64,000 bases of DNA, from positions 32,001 to 96,000 of the IMG/VR virus record IMGVR_UViG_3300042090_001530; one strand, written 5' to 3'. Under the pieces are notes generated by a model. The model worked only from the letters and a program-made list of their open reading frames with translations, did not search any database and was not told the DNA's origin. This document shows, piece after piece, positions 48,926 through 57,415 of the stretch. The translations under genes and the position numbers were made by a program. The stretch comes from a virus (lineage: Duplodnaviria; Caudoviricetes). Numbering within the stretch: position 1 is the stretch's first letter; the number at the start of each line of letters is the position of its first letter.

Positions 48926-49461
48926 CGCTGTCCCACGCCACGTACTCGCGCCAGGTGAAACTCAACCTCCAAGACCCCGACGACCTGTTCGTCGACGGGA
49001 TCCACGAATACGCCGGCACAATCGCCCCGCCCGTCGACCTTCACGAGCAGAAGGTCCACCTGGTTGACGCTGAAGCGATCCGGCAGGCACTCCTCGGCCT
49101 CCCCAAGGCGCTGACCGCACTGGAACGGGGCGCAGCGCTCGTCGTCTGCGACCAGTGGGGGCTCGATCGGGAGATTGTCGGGCTCGCGCGCGAAAGCCTT
49201 GATCGGGCGATCTCCCGCGCCCGCGAGGCCGCGCCGGAACGGCTGGGGGAGCTGCTGGAGACGGCTGCCGTGGAGTCGGTGCCGCCGCTCGTCGACGCAG
49301 TCAGGGTGCGCGACGCGGGGCTGGTCGAGGAGCTTCTCGTCGACCTGGACGTCCTGCAGCTACGGGCGCTCACGGTCGTCCTCGCGGACATGCTCGCCGC
49401 CGCAGGCGCGCCACGAGATCCCGGCGCCGACGTGGCGCACCTCGACCCCGAAGACCCGTAG
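48922..49461 (+). CDS. Hypothetical protein
   Basis: ATGA coupling. Confidence 0.5.
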   Translation: MTLSHATYSRQVKLNLQDPDDLFVDGIHEYAGTIAPPVDLHEQKVHLVDAEAIRQALLGLPKALTALERGAALVVCDQWGLDREIVGLARESLDRAISRAREAAPERLGELLETAAVESVPPLVDAVRVRDAGLVEELLVDLDVLQLRALTVVLADMLAAAGAPRDPGADVAHLDPEDP

Positions 49462-49482
49462 CCAGCAGGAAGTAGCAGTCCC

Positions 49483-49920
49483 ATGCCCGTCACGCTCGCC
49501 GCGCCGCCCGGCGAATCCGAGCCCATCCCGACCGAGACCGCCCGGCCCGCCACCCTGGAGCCGAGCGAGATGCTGCAGCGCGTCATAGCGATCCAGGCCC
49601 GCGATCAGCAACTCGTCGCCGACCGCTACCTGGCACTGTTCGTCGCCGCGCTGACCGCCCGACTGGCCCGCGCCTACCGCCGCGACCGGGACAGGCTGCT
49701 GCGCGCGAACCTCGCACTGCAAGCCGACCTTGACGCGTCCGCAGTCCGCGGCCGGTTCACGGCCGCGCAGATCGACGCGCTCGCCCGGGAGGTCGTCGAG
49801 CTGCAGGCCGGGCGCCGCGACCTGACCGGGAGGAACCAGACGCTCGAGGACGAGAACGCGCGGTTACGGACGCGCCTCGAAGCCGAGACGAAGCCGGCCC
49901 GCGGCCGGTGGCGTCGGTGA
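49483..49920 (+). CDS. Coiled-coil hypothetical protein
   Basis: Heptad-rich C-terminal half. Confidence 0.55.
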   Translation: MPVTLAAPPGESEPIPTETARPATLEPSEMLQRVIAIQARDQQLVADRYLALFVAALTARLARAYRRDRDRLLRANLALQADLDASAVRGRFTAAQIDALAREVVELQAGRRDLTGRNQTLEDENARLRTRLEAETKPARGRWRR

Positions 49921-50144
49921 ACGCGCGTCTCGCCCGCGCCCTGCGGGCCCTCTCACTGCTCGCCGTGTTCGCCGCCGCGTTCAACCTGGCGCTCGCCGAC
50001 GGCTGGCGCGCGCCGCTCGGCGCGACCGGCCTCGCAGTCGCGCTCGCCACAGTCGCCGACTGGGTGCAGCGGCCCGACCAGGCGCCCGAAGAGCCGGAAG
50101 ACCTCCCTGAACCGGAAGACGCGCAACCCGCGCGCCAGCCCTAA
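49917..50144 (+). CDS. Small two-TM protein
   Basis: Two hydrophobic segments. Confidence 0.5.
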   Translation: MNARLARALRALSLLAVFAAAFNLALADGWRAPLGATGLAVALATVADWVQRPDQAPEEPEDLPEPEDAQPARQP

Positions 50145-50165
50145 CCAGAAACGGACACCCTCGCC

Positions 50166-50612
50166 ATGACCACGAACGACGTACTCCTCCCGACCGCCGA
50201 CCCGGCCAAGGCGCTCCTCGCCGAACTCACCGGGCCCGCCACAATCGAGCAGTTGCTCGGGCGGGCCGAGCGCAACGGCACCAAGCGGGCCCGGCTCGTC
50301 GCTGCAAGGATCCGGCACGACGCCGATCTCCTCGAGCAGCTGCTCGCGCAGCATGGCGAAGAGGCCGTGGCGCGCCGGAAGGTCGACCGGCTGCGCGCCC
50401 AGCTCAAGGCGGCCGAAGCCGAACTGCGCGCGAAGACCGACCCGGAGCGCAACATCGCCCGACTCGCCGGCCCCAACCAGCCGGCACCGGCCGCGACCAC
50501 CAAGGTCATGCGCGCCTGGCTGATCGAGCAGGGGCACGAAGTCTCGGACCGCCGGCGCCTGACCGCCGCACAGATCGGGCAGTACGAGGCCGCGCACCGG
50601 GGCGCCGAATGA
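50166..50612 (+). CDS. Protein with C-terminal Lsr2-like DNA-binding domain
   Basis: KVMRAWLIEQGHEVSDRRRLTAAQIGQYEAAH resembles the Lsr2 C-domain. Confidence 0.75.
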   Translation: MTTNDVLLPTADPAKALLAELTGPATIEQLLGRAERNGTKRARLVAARIRHDADLLEQLLAQHGEEAVARRKVDRLRAQLKAAEAELRAKTDPERNIARLAGPNQPAPAATTKVMRAWLIEQGHEVSDRRRLTAAQIGQYEAAHRGAE

Positions 50613-51184
50613 CCACCACCTTCGATCCCGGCGACGGCCGCGACTACCTCGCCGAGATGAGCGCGCTCATCGATGGCGCGCTGCCCGACGGCGAATACAT
50701 CGCGCCCCTCGTCGCGCACGACCTGATCGAGAAGCTCAGGGCCAACGACGGCGAGCTCCTCGCCGGATGGCTCAACATGCGGGCCGAGGTCACTATGACC
50801 GCCTACATCTCGGATCGGATCAAGAACCGTCGCCAGTCGAGTCGGGAGTCTGCCGCCCGGTCCACGTTCGGCGAGGCTGCTGAGCGGTTCGCGGTGGGCG
50901 GCGACGGTGCCACGATGCGCGCCGCAGTACTGACGCGGCCGTTCGATGCCGAGTACGTCGTGAACTGTGAACTGCTGCGACGCAGGGTTGCGGAGATGAC
51001 TGGAGCCGACCACATCTTCGTCGCCAAGGAGTACGCCGAGACGAAGCAGACGGCGAGGCTCCTGGAGTCCTTCCATCGCGCGGTCGCCAAGAAAGTCGGC
51101 GACCAGAAGACGAAGGACGTTTTCACCGAGGGCCAGTACGTCGAGATGTACCGGTCGATCACCCGCCGCGAGTTGGCGGTCTAA
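50609..51184 (+). CDS. Hypothetical protein immediately upstream of the pentamer array
   Basis: 191 aa, ATGA coupled; its stop is 7 nt before the array. Confidence 0.7.
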   Translation: MTTTFDPGDGRDYLAEMSALIDGALPDGEYIAPLVAHDLIEKLRANDGELLAGWLNMRAEVTMTAYISDRIKNRRQSSRESAARSTFGEAAERFAVGGDGATMRAAVLTRPFDAEYVVNCELLRRRVAEMTGADHIFVAKEYAETKQTARLLESFHRAVAKKVGDQKTKDVFTEGQYVEMYRSITRRELAV

Positions 51185-51190
51185 GCGCGC

Positions 51191-51745
51191 ATGACAACCC
51201 TCACCGAATCACTTCAGCGCGCCGACTACCCGAGCCATCTCCTTGCCAACGCTGTCCTTCCCTTGCCGACGACCCATTTCTACGCAGTGCAGCCCCACGC
51301 AGTGCCATCCGACCCCCGTCGACGAGTCGCCCCTGGCCGACATGTCTCCGCCCAGCGCTGCCCCTACCGACTGCCCAGCGCATCGCGTCCCGTGCCATTT
51401 CGGCTCGTCCTGCTCCTGCCCCGCGCGCACCGACTTCCCAGCCCCGCGCGCCTCGTCGCACTCCAGCCCGCATCGACCACCCGGCCCACCTCACCGTGTC
51501 GCGCCCTGCCCCCTTCCATTCCCTGCCGACAACCCAACTCCCATCGCGCATGCCGTCCCGCCGCCTACCGACTACTCAGCCCACCGAGGCTCACGTCACC
51601 CCTCTTCGACTACACAAGCCCGCACCGCACTCCCCGAACCCTCGCGACTACCCATCCCGGCCCCGAACGTGCCTTCGCACCCCCACCTGGCCCTCGCTGA
51701 CTACCCAGCCCCCGACAGGCCGACAACTCCACATCCCTCACCACG
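51191..51745. repeat. Non-coding array of ~13 NNGAC-NACCC-anchored units with a 5-nt NN/C-rich lattice (candidate guide-RNA array)
   Basis: Anchors at 51191, 51222, 51266, 51309, 51337, 51367, 51430, 51473, 51526, 51568, 51606, 51644, 51697; most spacings are 5n+3. Confidence 0.85.
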
Positions 51746-51767
51746 TGACGAACCGAAAGGCTCTGAC

Positions 51768-52442
51768 ATGACCTCCGTCTTCGCCAAGCACATCCCCCAG
51801 GCGTGGCCCCACCGCTACAGCGGCACGCTGCACATCGTCACCCTCGCGGGCGGCACTCCCAGCGACCCCAATGTCGCCGAAGGCTGGCTCCGCACGAAGC
51901 TCGCCGACAAGAACGACCTCATCCGCGACGCTGTCGCCGAGGTCATGGTTGAGCGCGGCATCACCGCAGAGGAAGCCGCGAAGGAACTCGACCGGCTCAA
52001 GCACTTGAACGGCTTCAAGAAGGACCCTGAGCGTGGCGGAGAGCTCTACATCGAAGGCCGGCAACTCAAAGCCGGAATTAAGGAGGCGGCGTCCGTCGCG
52101 CGCGCGGTTGGGAAGCTCCCGGACCGCTGGGGCCTGACGAAGAAGGGCATCGTCAACTTCGTTGCCGAGCACATCCAGGTCGTTGAAGACCGGCTGCACC
52201 TCGGAGTCACCGAACCCAGCGACGTGCTTCAGTCCTTCCCAAAGAACGCGCGCACCGGGCAAACCGGAATCCAATACACCGAGATCATCCTGGACGCGAA
52301 GCTCGACTTCACGATCATCAGCGACTACAAGTTCAGCGACGACGAGTGGGCGATGCTCTGGCTCACGGCTGAGCAGCAGGGCATCGGCGCGTCCCGCTCG
52401 CAGGGCTTCGGTCGATACGAGGTCGTCAGGTGGGATTCGTGA
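51768..52442 (+). CDS. Stand-alone Cas7/RAMP-like protein
   Basis: 224 aa, GAAAGG RBS. N-terminal strand TLHIVTLAGG, ELYIEGRQLKAGIKEAA helix motif, terminal Gly-rich loop GIGASRSQGFGRYEV. Confidence 0.8.
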   Translation: MTSVFAKHIPQAWPHRYSGTLHIVTLAGGTPSDPNVAEGWLRTKLADKNDLIRDAVAEVMVERGITAEEAAKELDRLKHLNGFKKDPERGGELYIEGRQLKAGIKEAASVARAVGKLPDRWGLTKKGIVNFVAEHIQVVEDRLHLGVTEPSDVLQSFPKNARTGQTGIQYTEIILDAKLDFTIISDYKFSDDEWAMLWLTAEQQGIGASRSQGFGRYEVVRWDS

Positions 52443-52948
52443 CCACCCCGCAGGGCGCGGAGAGGCGCCCGGGGGGCCTAGGCGTCCCCGCCCGCGTCCG
52501 CCTCTCGCGCACCAAAGGCTTCCGGCTCCAGCAGTACGCGCCCGGCGCCATCGTCGTGCGTCGCCCCACGCGTTGGGGCAACCCGTTCACGGTTGCCGAC
52601 GCGCTCGCCGACGACCCGGCACTCACGGCGGCCCAGGCGCGGCAACGCTGCGCCGAGTTCTTCGACTTGTGGCTCGACGGGGAGATCGAACTCAGCGACC
52701 CGGCACTGGCCGAGCGCCGAGCCTGGATCCTCGAGCACATCCAGGAACTCGAAGGTCACCCGCTCGCCTGCACATGCCCCGAGGCCGTGCCAGGCGAGCC
52801 TGACTGGTGCCATGCCGTCAGCCTGATCCGCCGAAGCAACCCGCCGCAGCCGGTCGGCGAGTGCGGTGACGGCCTGTTCGCGGCCCCCGTCCGGCTGCGG
52901 CACGTCGTGCCCGTGAAGCTGCGGCGGGACGGGGCGGCGCGCCTATGA
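52439..52948 (+). CDS. DUF4326-like protein
   Basis: VRRPTRWGNPF...LEGHPLACTC...CHAVSL. Confidence 0.8.
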   Translation: MTTPQGAERRPGGLGVPARVRLSRTKGFRLQQYAPGAIVVRRPTRWGNPFTVADALADDPALTAAQARQRCAEFFDLWLDGEIELSDPALAERRAWILEHIQELEGHPLACTCPEAVPGEPDWCHAVSLIRRSNPPQPVGECGDGLFAAPVRLRHVVPVKLRRDGAARL

Positions 52949-53145
52949 CCACCACGAAATGCCGCGACTGCCATCGCCCGATCACGGATCCGGCCTCAAG
53001 GGAACGCGGGCGGGGATCCCAGTGCTGGCAGGACCACCTCGCCACGCTCGGGACCGTGCCAGTCAAGACGCTCGGGCGCGGACGCCGCGATTGGGCCGCG
53101 GTCATGCCCGGCCAGGAGGAGCTTCAGCTCGAGGTGGCGCCGTGA
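52945..53145 (+). CDS. DUF6011-like zinc-binding protein
   Basis: CRDCHRPITDPASRERGRGSQC. Confidence 0.7.
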   Translation: MTTTKCRDCHRPITDPASRERGRGSQCWQDHLATLGTVPVKTLGRGRRDWAAVMPGQEELQLEVAP

Positions 53146-53375
53146 GCATCTGCGATCACTCGGGGCTAGATGAGACCTTTTGCGATCACTGCCGGAATGC
53201 GGGCAAGCCCCGCCAGTCCGTCATGACCGCGCGCATCCCCGGACGGATCGAGGCCCGCTATCGAGGGGTCTGCAGAGGATGCGGACTGCCGTTTACCCCG
53301 GGGACTTTGCTCACGCCCTCGGACACGGACGGCTGGATCGCGGAGTGCTGCGCGCCTGAGGATGGCGACTGCTGA
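53142..53375 (+). CDS. Small Cys-rich protein
   Basis: CDH...CDHC...ARYRGVCRGCG. Confidence 0.55.
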   Translation: MSICDHSGLDETFCDHCRNAGKPRQSVMTARIPGRIEARYRGVCRGCGLPFTPGTLLTPSDTDGWIAECCAPEDGDC

Positions 53376-53572
53376 TGCCCCACGCCGCCCTCACCCTGCG
53401 CGACCGCTGCCCGAAATGCGGCGGCCTGCTCGCCGTGGCCCCGCGCGGATGCAGCGCCGACGACGACCACGTGCAGTGCGAATACAAGTGCCCCGATCCG
53501 GACTGCCAGCACGAGTGGATCGTCCGATGGGGACTCGGCGTACTCGACCACGGGCTGGACGGTGCCGCGTGA
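53375..53572 (+). CDS. Small zinc-ribbon protein
   Basis: CPKCG...YKCPDPDCQHEW. Confidence 0.55.
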   Translation: MPHAALTLRDRCPKCGGLLAVAPRGCSADDDHVQCEYKCPDPDCQHEWIVRWGLGVLDHGLDGAA

Positions 53573-53640
53573 ACGGGATCACGACACGCGGAAGCCGCCC
53601 GCGCGGCGTGGGGGGCAGCGCGGGCGGCAGGGGAGCGCGG

Positions 53641-53832
53641 TCAGGCGTCGGGCGCAGTGGAGCGTTCGGCGAGCATTTGCTCGGCCCACTCGGCGGGCAC
53701 GAGCGCGATGACGCGCTTGCCGTTGCGAGTGACGAAGACCGGCTCATCCCTGTGGATCGTGCGACCCACATAGTCGGACAGCCGGGCCTTAAGTTCCCGG
53801 ATGCCCGGTTCCTGCGGGATGTCGTCTGCCAT
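53641..53832 (-). CDS. Phd/YefM-family antitoxin-like protein
   Basis: GIRELKARLSDYV...EPVFVTRNGKRVIALVP. Confidence 0.8.
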   Translation of the reverse strand: MADDIPQEPGIRELKARLSDYVGRTIHRDEPVFVTRNGKRVIALVPAEWAEQMLAERSTAPDA

Positions 53833-53888
53833 GGTCACAGGGTACGCAGTGACCTCGGAAGTGTCACGTCTGCGGTCAATCAAGGCTG

Positions 53889-53921
53889 TAGTCATGTGGA
53901 CTATTATAGTCACGGTGACTA
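53889..53921. promoter_or_regulatory. Two TAGTC-N5-GACTA palindromes in an AT-rich divergent promoter
   Basis: TAGTCATGTGGACTA (53889) and TAGTCACGGTGACTA (53907); TATTAT and TATAGT at their junction. Confidence 0.7.
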
Positions 53922-53931
53922 CACTGAGGCC

Positions 53932-54432
53932 ATGCCCGAAGCGAAGCATCGGACGATGCACCCCGTCATGCCCAACCTGCCGCTCAGCAGGTGGATTACG
54001 CCCGTGGTCGACGAGATGGGCGGATGGGCCGCCTTCGACGAGGCGCCCGTCGGAAATCACTTCCAGACGGCTGACGTGTCGGCCCTGTACCGGTTCTTCG
54101 GCGATGGCGAAGACCTGCTCTATGTAGGTGTCACTACGAACCCGACCAACCGGTGGCGAAGCCATGCGCACGCCGTTTGGTGGCCGCTGGCCCGGTTCGT
54201 CTCCATCGAGGCCGTGCCACCTGCACAGCGACTACTGATCGAGCACGAAGCGATCGCGAGCGAGCGGCCGCGCTTCAACCGGCTCGGCTTGACGCGCCAT
54301 GCCTCAACTGTCATCGCGCTGGCCGAAGGCCCGCAGCACGTCATCGCGCAGTTCCGGCGCCGACTAGTGCCCGAGGATTTCGCGGCCCTCGTTGCCGCTT
54401 TCCACTCCATCGATCTGAAGGACCCCACATGA
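53932..54432 (+). CDS. GIY-YIG nuclease family protein
   Basis: ALYRFF...LLYVGVT..P..RW.SH...E...I..ERPRFN. Confidence 0.8.
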   Translation: MPEAKHRTMHPVMPNLPLSRWITPVVDEMGGWAAFDEAPVGNHFQTADVSALYRFFGDGEDLLYVGVTTNPTNRWRSHAHAVWWPLARFVSIEAVPPAQRLLIEHEAIASERPRFNRLGLTRHASTVIALAEGPQHVIAQFRRRLVPEDFAALVAAFHSIDLKDPT

Positions 54433-55019
54433 CCAACACGACCCCGCAGTACGTCCCCGACCCTGCGCTTGTCCGCGAGTGCGCCACCCGCATCATCGAG
54501 GGCCAGATCGAGGAGCTCCGCGACCTCGGCCAGATGGACATCGGCGAGATGTGCGCGGAAGAGATCGTCGCGATTCAGGAACCGCTCGGCGGATGGGACG
54601 CCCCCGGCGCCGACGAGGCGGCGGACGCCCTGATCAACGCGGTCCGCGCAGACATCAAGGCCGCCGTCATCACCCACGCGTGGCCCGGCTCGACCCCAGC
54701 CGCGACCGTGGAGGCGCCGATCGTCCGTCTGTTCACCGTCGCGGAACTCGAGGACTACTGCCTGCCGTGCGAGAACGTGATCTATGACGAGGAAATCGGC
54801 GAGCGCCGCAAGACCATCACACACCGCGCCGTGTTCCTCGCCGACGACGACTGCCACTACGCGGTTGAGTGGGACGAGCCGAAGAGCGAGGCCCAGGAGG
54901 GCATCAAGCCGTTCGACCGTCAGGGCGAGACGGTCGAGGCCGTCCGCGTCGAGGTGCGGCAGCGGGCCGTCGTCGTTGACGAATGGCTGCCCGTTGAGGC
55001 CGAGGGGGCGGACCGGTGA
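54429..55019 (+). CDS. Hypothetical protein
   Basis: AAGGA RBS; coupled. Confidence 0.55.
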   Translation: MTNTTPQYVPDPALVRECATRIIEGQIEELRDLGQMDIGEMCAEEIVAIQEPLGGWDAPGADEAADALINAVRADIKAAVITHAWPGSTPAATVEAPIVRLFTVAELEDYCLPCENVIYDEEIGERRKTITHRAVFLADDDCHYAVEWDEPKSEAQEGIKPFDRQGETVEAVRVEVRQRAVVVDEWLPVEAEGADR

Positions 55020-55582
55020 GCGAGACGACCCGCATCCTTCACCCGACCGTCGCCCGACAGATCATCAGCGACCTCGTCAGCGAGCACGCCCTCGAGAAGA
55101 TCACCGAGCACCTATCCGAGTACTGTCACGACGCGCTCGCCGACGAGGACATCGACATGCTCGGTCCGGCCGCGTGGGACCAGGCGCTCGGCGAGATCCG
55201 CGAAGAGATCGCCACCATGGGCCTCGACTGCACGTGGGGCGACCAGAGTACCCGCGTGGACCCGACGATCGTCGCGGTCCGCAAGTCCCTGATCGACGAG
55301 TCCTACGCCTTGTTCGATCGGCGCAAGGCCTTCTATAAGACCATTGAGACCCCGGCCGTGGGGACCACCGAGTTCGACACGTACGAGGCGATGGCCACGG
55401 CCGGCGCGTACGCGTACCTGTTGGCCGCGATCCTGCGTGTGGCAAGCAGTCAGATGGGCGAGGGCGCCGCGCGCGACTTGGCGACGCTGGTGGACGCGGT
55501 CATGGAGGACGGGACCGAGGCGATCCAGGACGCGAACGACGACCTCGACGAGCGGGCGCACGCCACGGCGGTGGACCAGTGA
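55016..55582 (+). CDS. Hypothetical protein
   Basis: GTGA coupling. Confidence 0.55.
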   Translation: MSETTRILHPTVARQIISDLVSEHALEKITEHLSEYCHDALADEDIDMLGPAAWDQALGEIREEIATMGLDCTWGDQSTRVDPTIVAVRKSLIDESYALFDRRKAFYKTIETPAVGTTEFDTYEAMATAGAYAYLLAAILRVASSQMGEGAARDLATLVDAVMEDGTEAIQDANDDLDERAHATAVDQ

Positions 55583-55797
55583 ACACCACCCAGTCCGCGA
55601 GTTACGAGGACATCGCCGCCTACGAGGCGAAGCGTCAGGCGATCCGCGCCCACTACACACCGCTGCTGAAGTCGATGTCCACGAGCGACCCCGGATACGG
55701 GCGCCTGTGGGATGAGCGGGCCGAGAAGCTGCGGGCGCTCGCCGACGAGTACGTGCTGCCGGCCGGTGTCGAAGAGCAGCCGGCGGTGACCCGATGA
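55579..55797 (+). CDS. Hypothetical protein
   Basis: GTGA coupling. Confidence 0.5.
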   Translation: MNTTQSASYEDIAAYEAKRQAIRAHYTPLLKSMSTSDPGYGRLWDERAEKLRALADEYVLPAGVEEQPAVTR

Positions 55798-56111
55798 CCA
55801 CGGTCGAGCGCTACACCCCCGACGACCTCGCTTGGTACGCCGAGACCTACGGCGACACCGAGTGGATGGTCCACGTGACCGGCATGGACGACTGCCACCT
55901 GCGCGTCAATCCGGAGCTCGGCGACGACGATCCGGCGAACCCGCTGCTGACCGAGGAGTCGGCGGCGAAGCTCGCGGAGGACTTCAACGGCTTCGACGCG
56001 TACTACGCCCAGAAGTTCCCGGGCGAGGAGACGCCGGGGATCCACGCGACGGTCTTCCACCACGGCGTGCCGGTGGACGTCGCGACCGCCGAGGCGGTGT
56101 CCGGTGAGTGA
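55794..56111 (+). CDS. Hypothetical protein
   Basis: ATGA coupling. Confidence 0.5.
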   Translation: MTTVERYTPDDLAWYAETYGDTEWMVHVTGMDDCHLRVNPELGDDDPANPLLTEESAAKLAEDFNGFDAYYAQKFPGEETPGIHATVFHHGVPVDVATAEAVSGE

Positions 56112-56733
56112 GCCCCTGACCTCCGAGCGCCGCGAGGAGATCCGCGCCGCCCTCGAACCGCTGCCGCCCTACCCGTGGCGCTGGGGTTCCGCCTGGAAGC
56201 TGGAGGCCGGCGGCACGCGTCCGCGCCCGGTGCTCACGACCGGCATCACGTCCGACGCCCCCGAGTTCCTGTTCCTGGCCTTCGAGGAGTCCGGCGACGA
56301 CGAGGGCTGGTACCTGCGCTCCGCCGAGGAGATCGCCGAACTGGGCCGCACCAATCCCGTCGCCGACTGGATCGAGAACGGCGCCCAGTACGCCGAGGAG
56401 CTGCTGCTCGCGGTCGACCGGCTCACCCGCGAACTCAAGACCGCGCACGCCGTACGGATCCCCACCGACACCCTGCGACCGCTGATCGACCCCAACAGGC
56501 ACACCCGGGAGCGCGCCGCGGCCTACCTCGAGGCCAACGGGTTCAAGCCGACCGAGGCCGTCGACATCTGGGAGCGCAAGGACACCTGCGACCTGATGCT
56601 GCTGCCCGGCCCCGACATCGACTGGGCCGACTCGGTGCCCTATTTCGTGCGGAACATGGCCGACGCGCTCGGCACGGGTGAACTCGGCGTGCTCGCCGGG
56701 ATCGCGGCCAGCGGAATGGATGGTGCCCGGTGA
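56104..56733 (+). CDS. Hypothetical protein
   Basis: Overlapping start; phage-like codon pattern. Confidence 0.5.
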   Translation: MSEPLTSERREEIRAALEPLPPYPWRWGSAWKLEAGGTRPRPVLTTGITSDAPEFLFLAFEESGDDEGWYLRSAEEIAELGRTNPVADWIENGAQYAEELLLAVDRLTRELKTAHAVRIPTDTLRPLIDPNRHTRERAAAYLEANGFKPTEAVDIWERKDTCDLMLLPGPDIDWADSVPYFVRNMADALGTGELGVLAGIAASGMDGAR

Positions 56734-56996
56734 GTACGACGCGCATCACGATCAGCGGCGACGGCGGCCAGATCACGGACATCGTCGCGATCGACGGCCC
56801 TGGCCCCACCTGGACGTACAGCGATGTCGACGGAGACGGCGCGGCCATGTACACCGCCGTGATTCCCGAGGTCGGCGCAGGCGTCTACCTGCGTACTGCG
56901 GCGCGCGGTTGTTCGATCGCCGCCGCTGATGTCGAGGACTTCATCGCCGCGATCCGCGCGACCGTCGCAGCCGCATCTGAGGCGGTGGCAGAGTGA
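56730..56996 (+). CDS. Hypothetical protein
   Basis: GTGA coupling. Confidence 0.5.
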   Translation: MSTTRITISGDGGQITDIVAIDGPGPTWTYSDVDGDGAAMYTAVIPEVGAGVYLRTAARGCSIAAADVEDFIAAIRATVAAASEAVAE

Positions 56997-57415
56997 CCAC
57001 GCTGACGCCCTGCCCGCACCTGGACGTCCTTGCCGACGTGGACGATATCCGCGCGAACTGCGAGATCTTCCATGGCGTCCCGCTCGCCGCGACCGGCGAC
57101 GACGGCGAGGAAGGACTGATGGCCCTCGGCCACCACGAGCCGCGCCGGATCCTCGCGGCGCTGCTCGCCTACTGCCGTGATCGTGGCATGGACCTGTCCG
57201 ACATCGGCGTGTCGAACCCGGCCGCACCGCAAGCCCGGCTGCTCGTCGAGCGAGCGCAGCGGTGGACGGTGTTCTACCAGCACGCCGACGCCGAAACCGC
57301 CGACGAGGACTGGCGCGAGGACGGCTGGTGCTCGTGCGAGGACTACCTGTGGTGGCCGCTCGACGTGCGCCAGGGCGCCCCGAATGCTGTCGCGACGATG
57401 TTCTGGAGGTTCTGA
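56993..57415 (+). CDS. Hypothetical protein
   Basis: GTGA coupling. Confidence 0.5.
   Translation: MTTLTPCPHLDVLADVDDIRANCEIFHGVPLAATGDDGEEGLMALGHHEPRRILAALLAYCRDRGMDLSDIGVSNPAAPQARLLVERAQRWTVFYQHADAETADEDWREDGWCSCEDYLWWPLDVRQGAPNAVATMFWRF

Noticed and set aside
51191-51700. 169-aa ORF over the array, and the 175-aa N-terminal extension of ORF 51243-52442
   Set aside because: Pro/Arg/His-rich translations of a period-5 lattice with no RBS. The true RAMP start is ATG 51768 with GAAAGG.
51191-51745. Canonical CRISPR array
   Set aside because: There are no identical 25-45 bp repeats with constant-length spacers; the anchor is only ~10 nt and degenerate.
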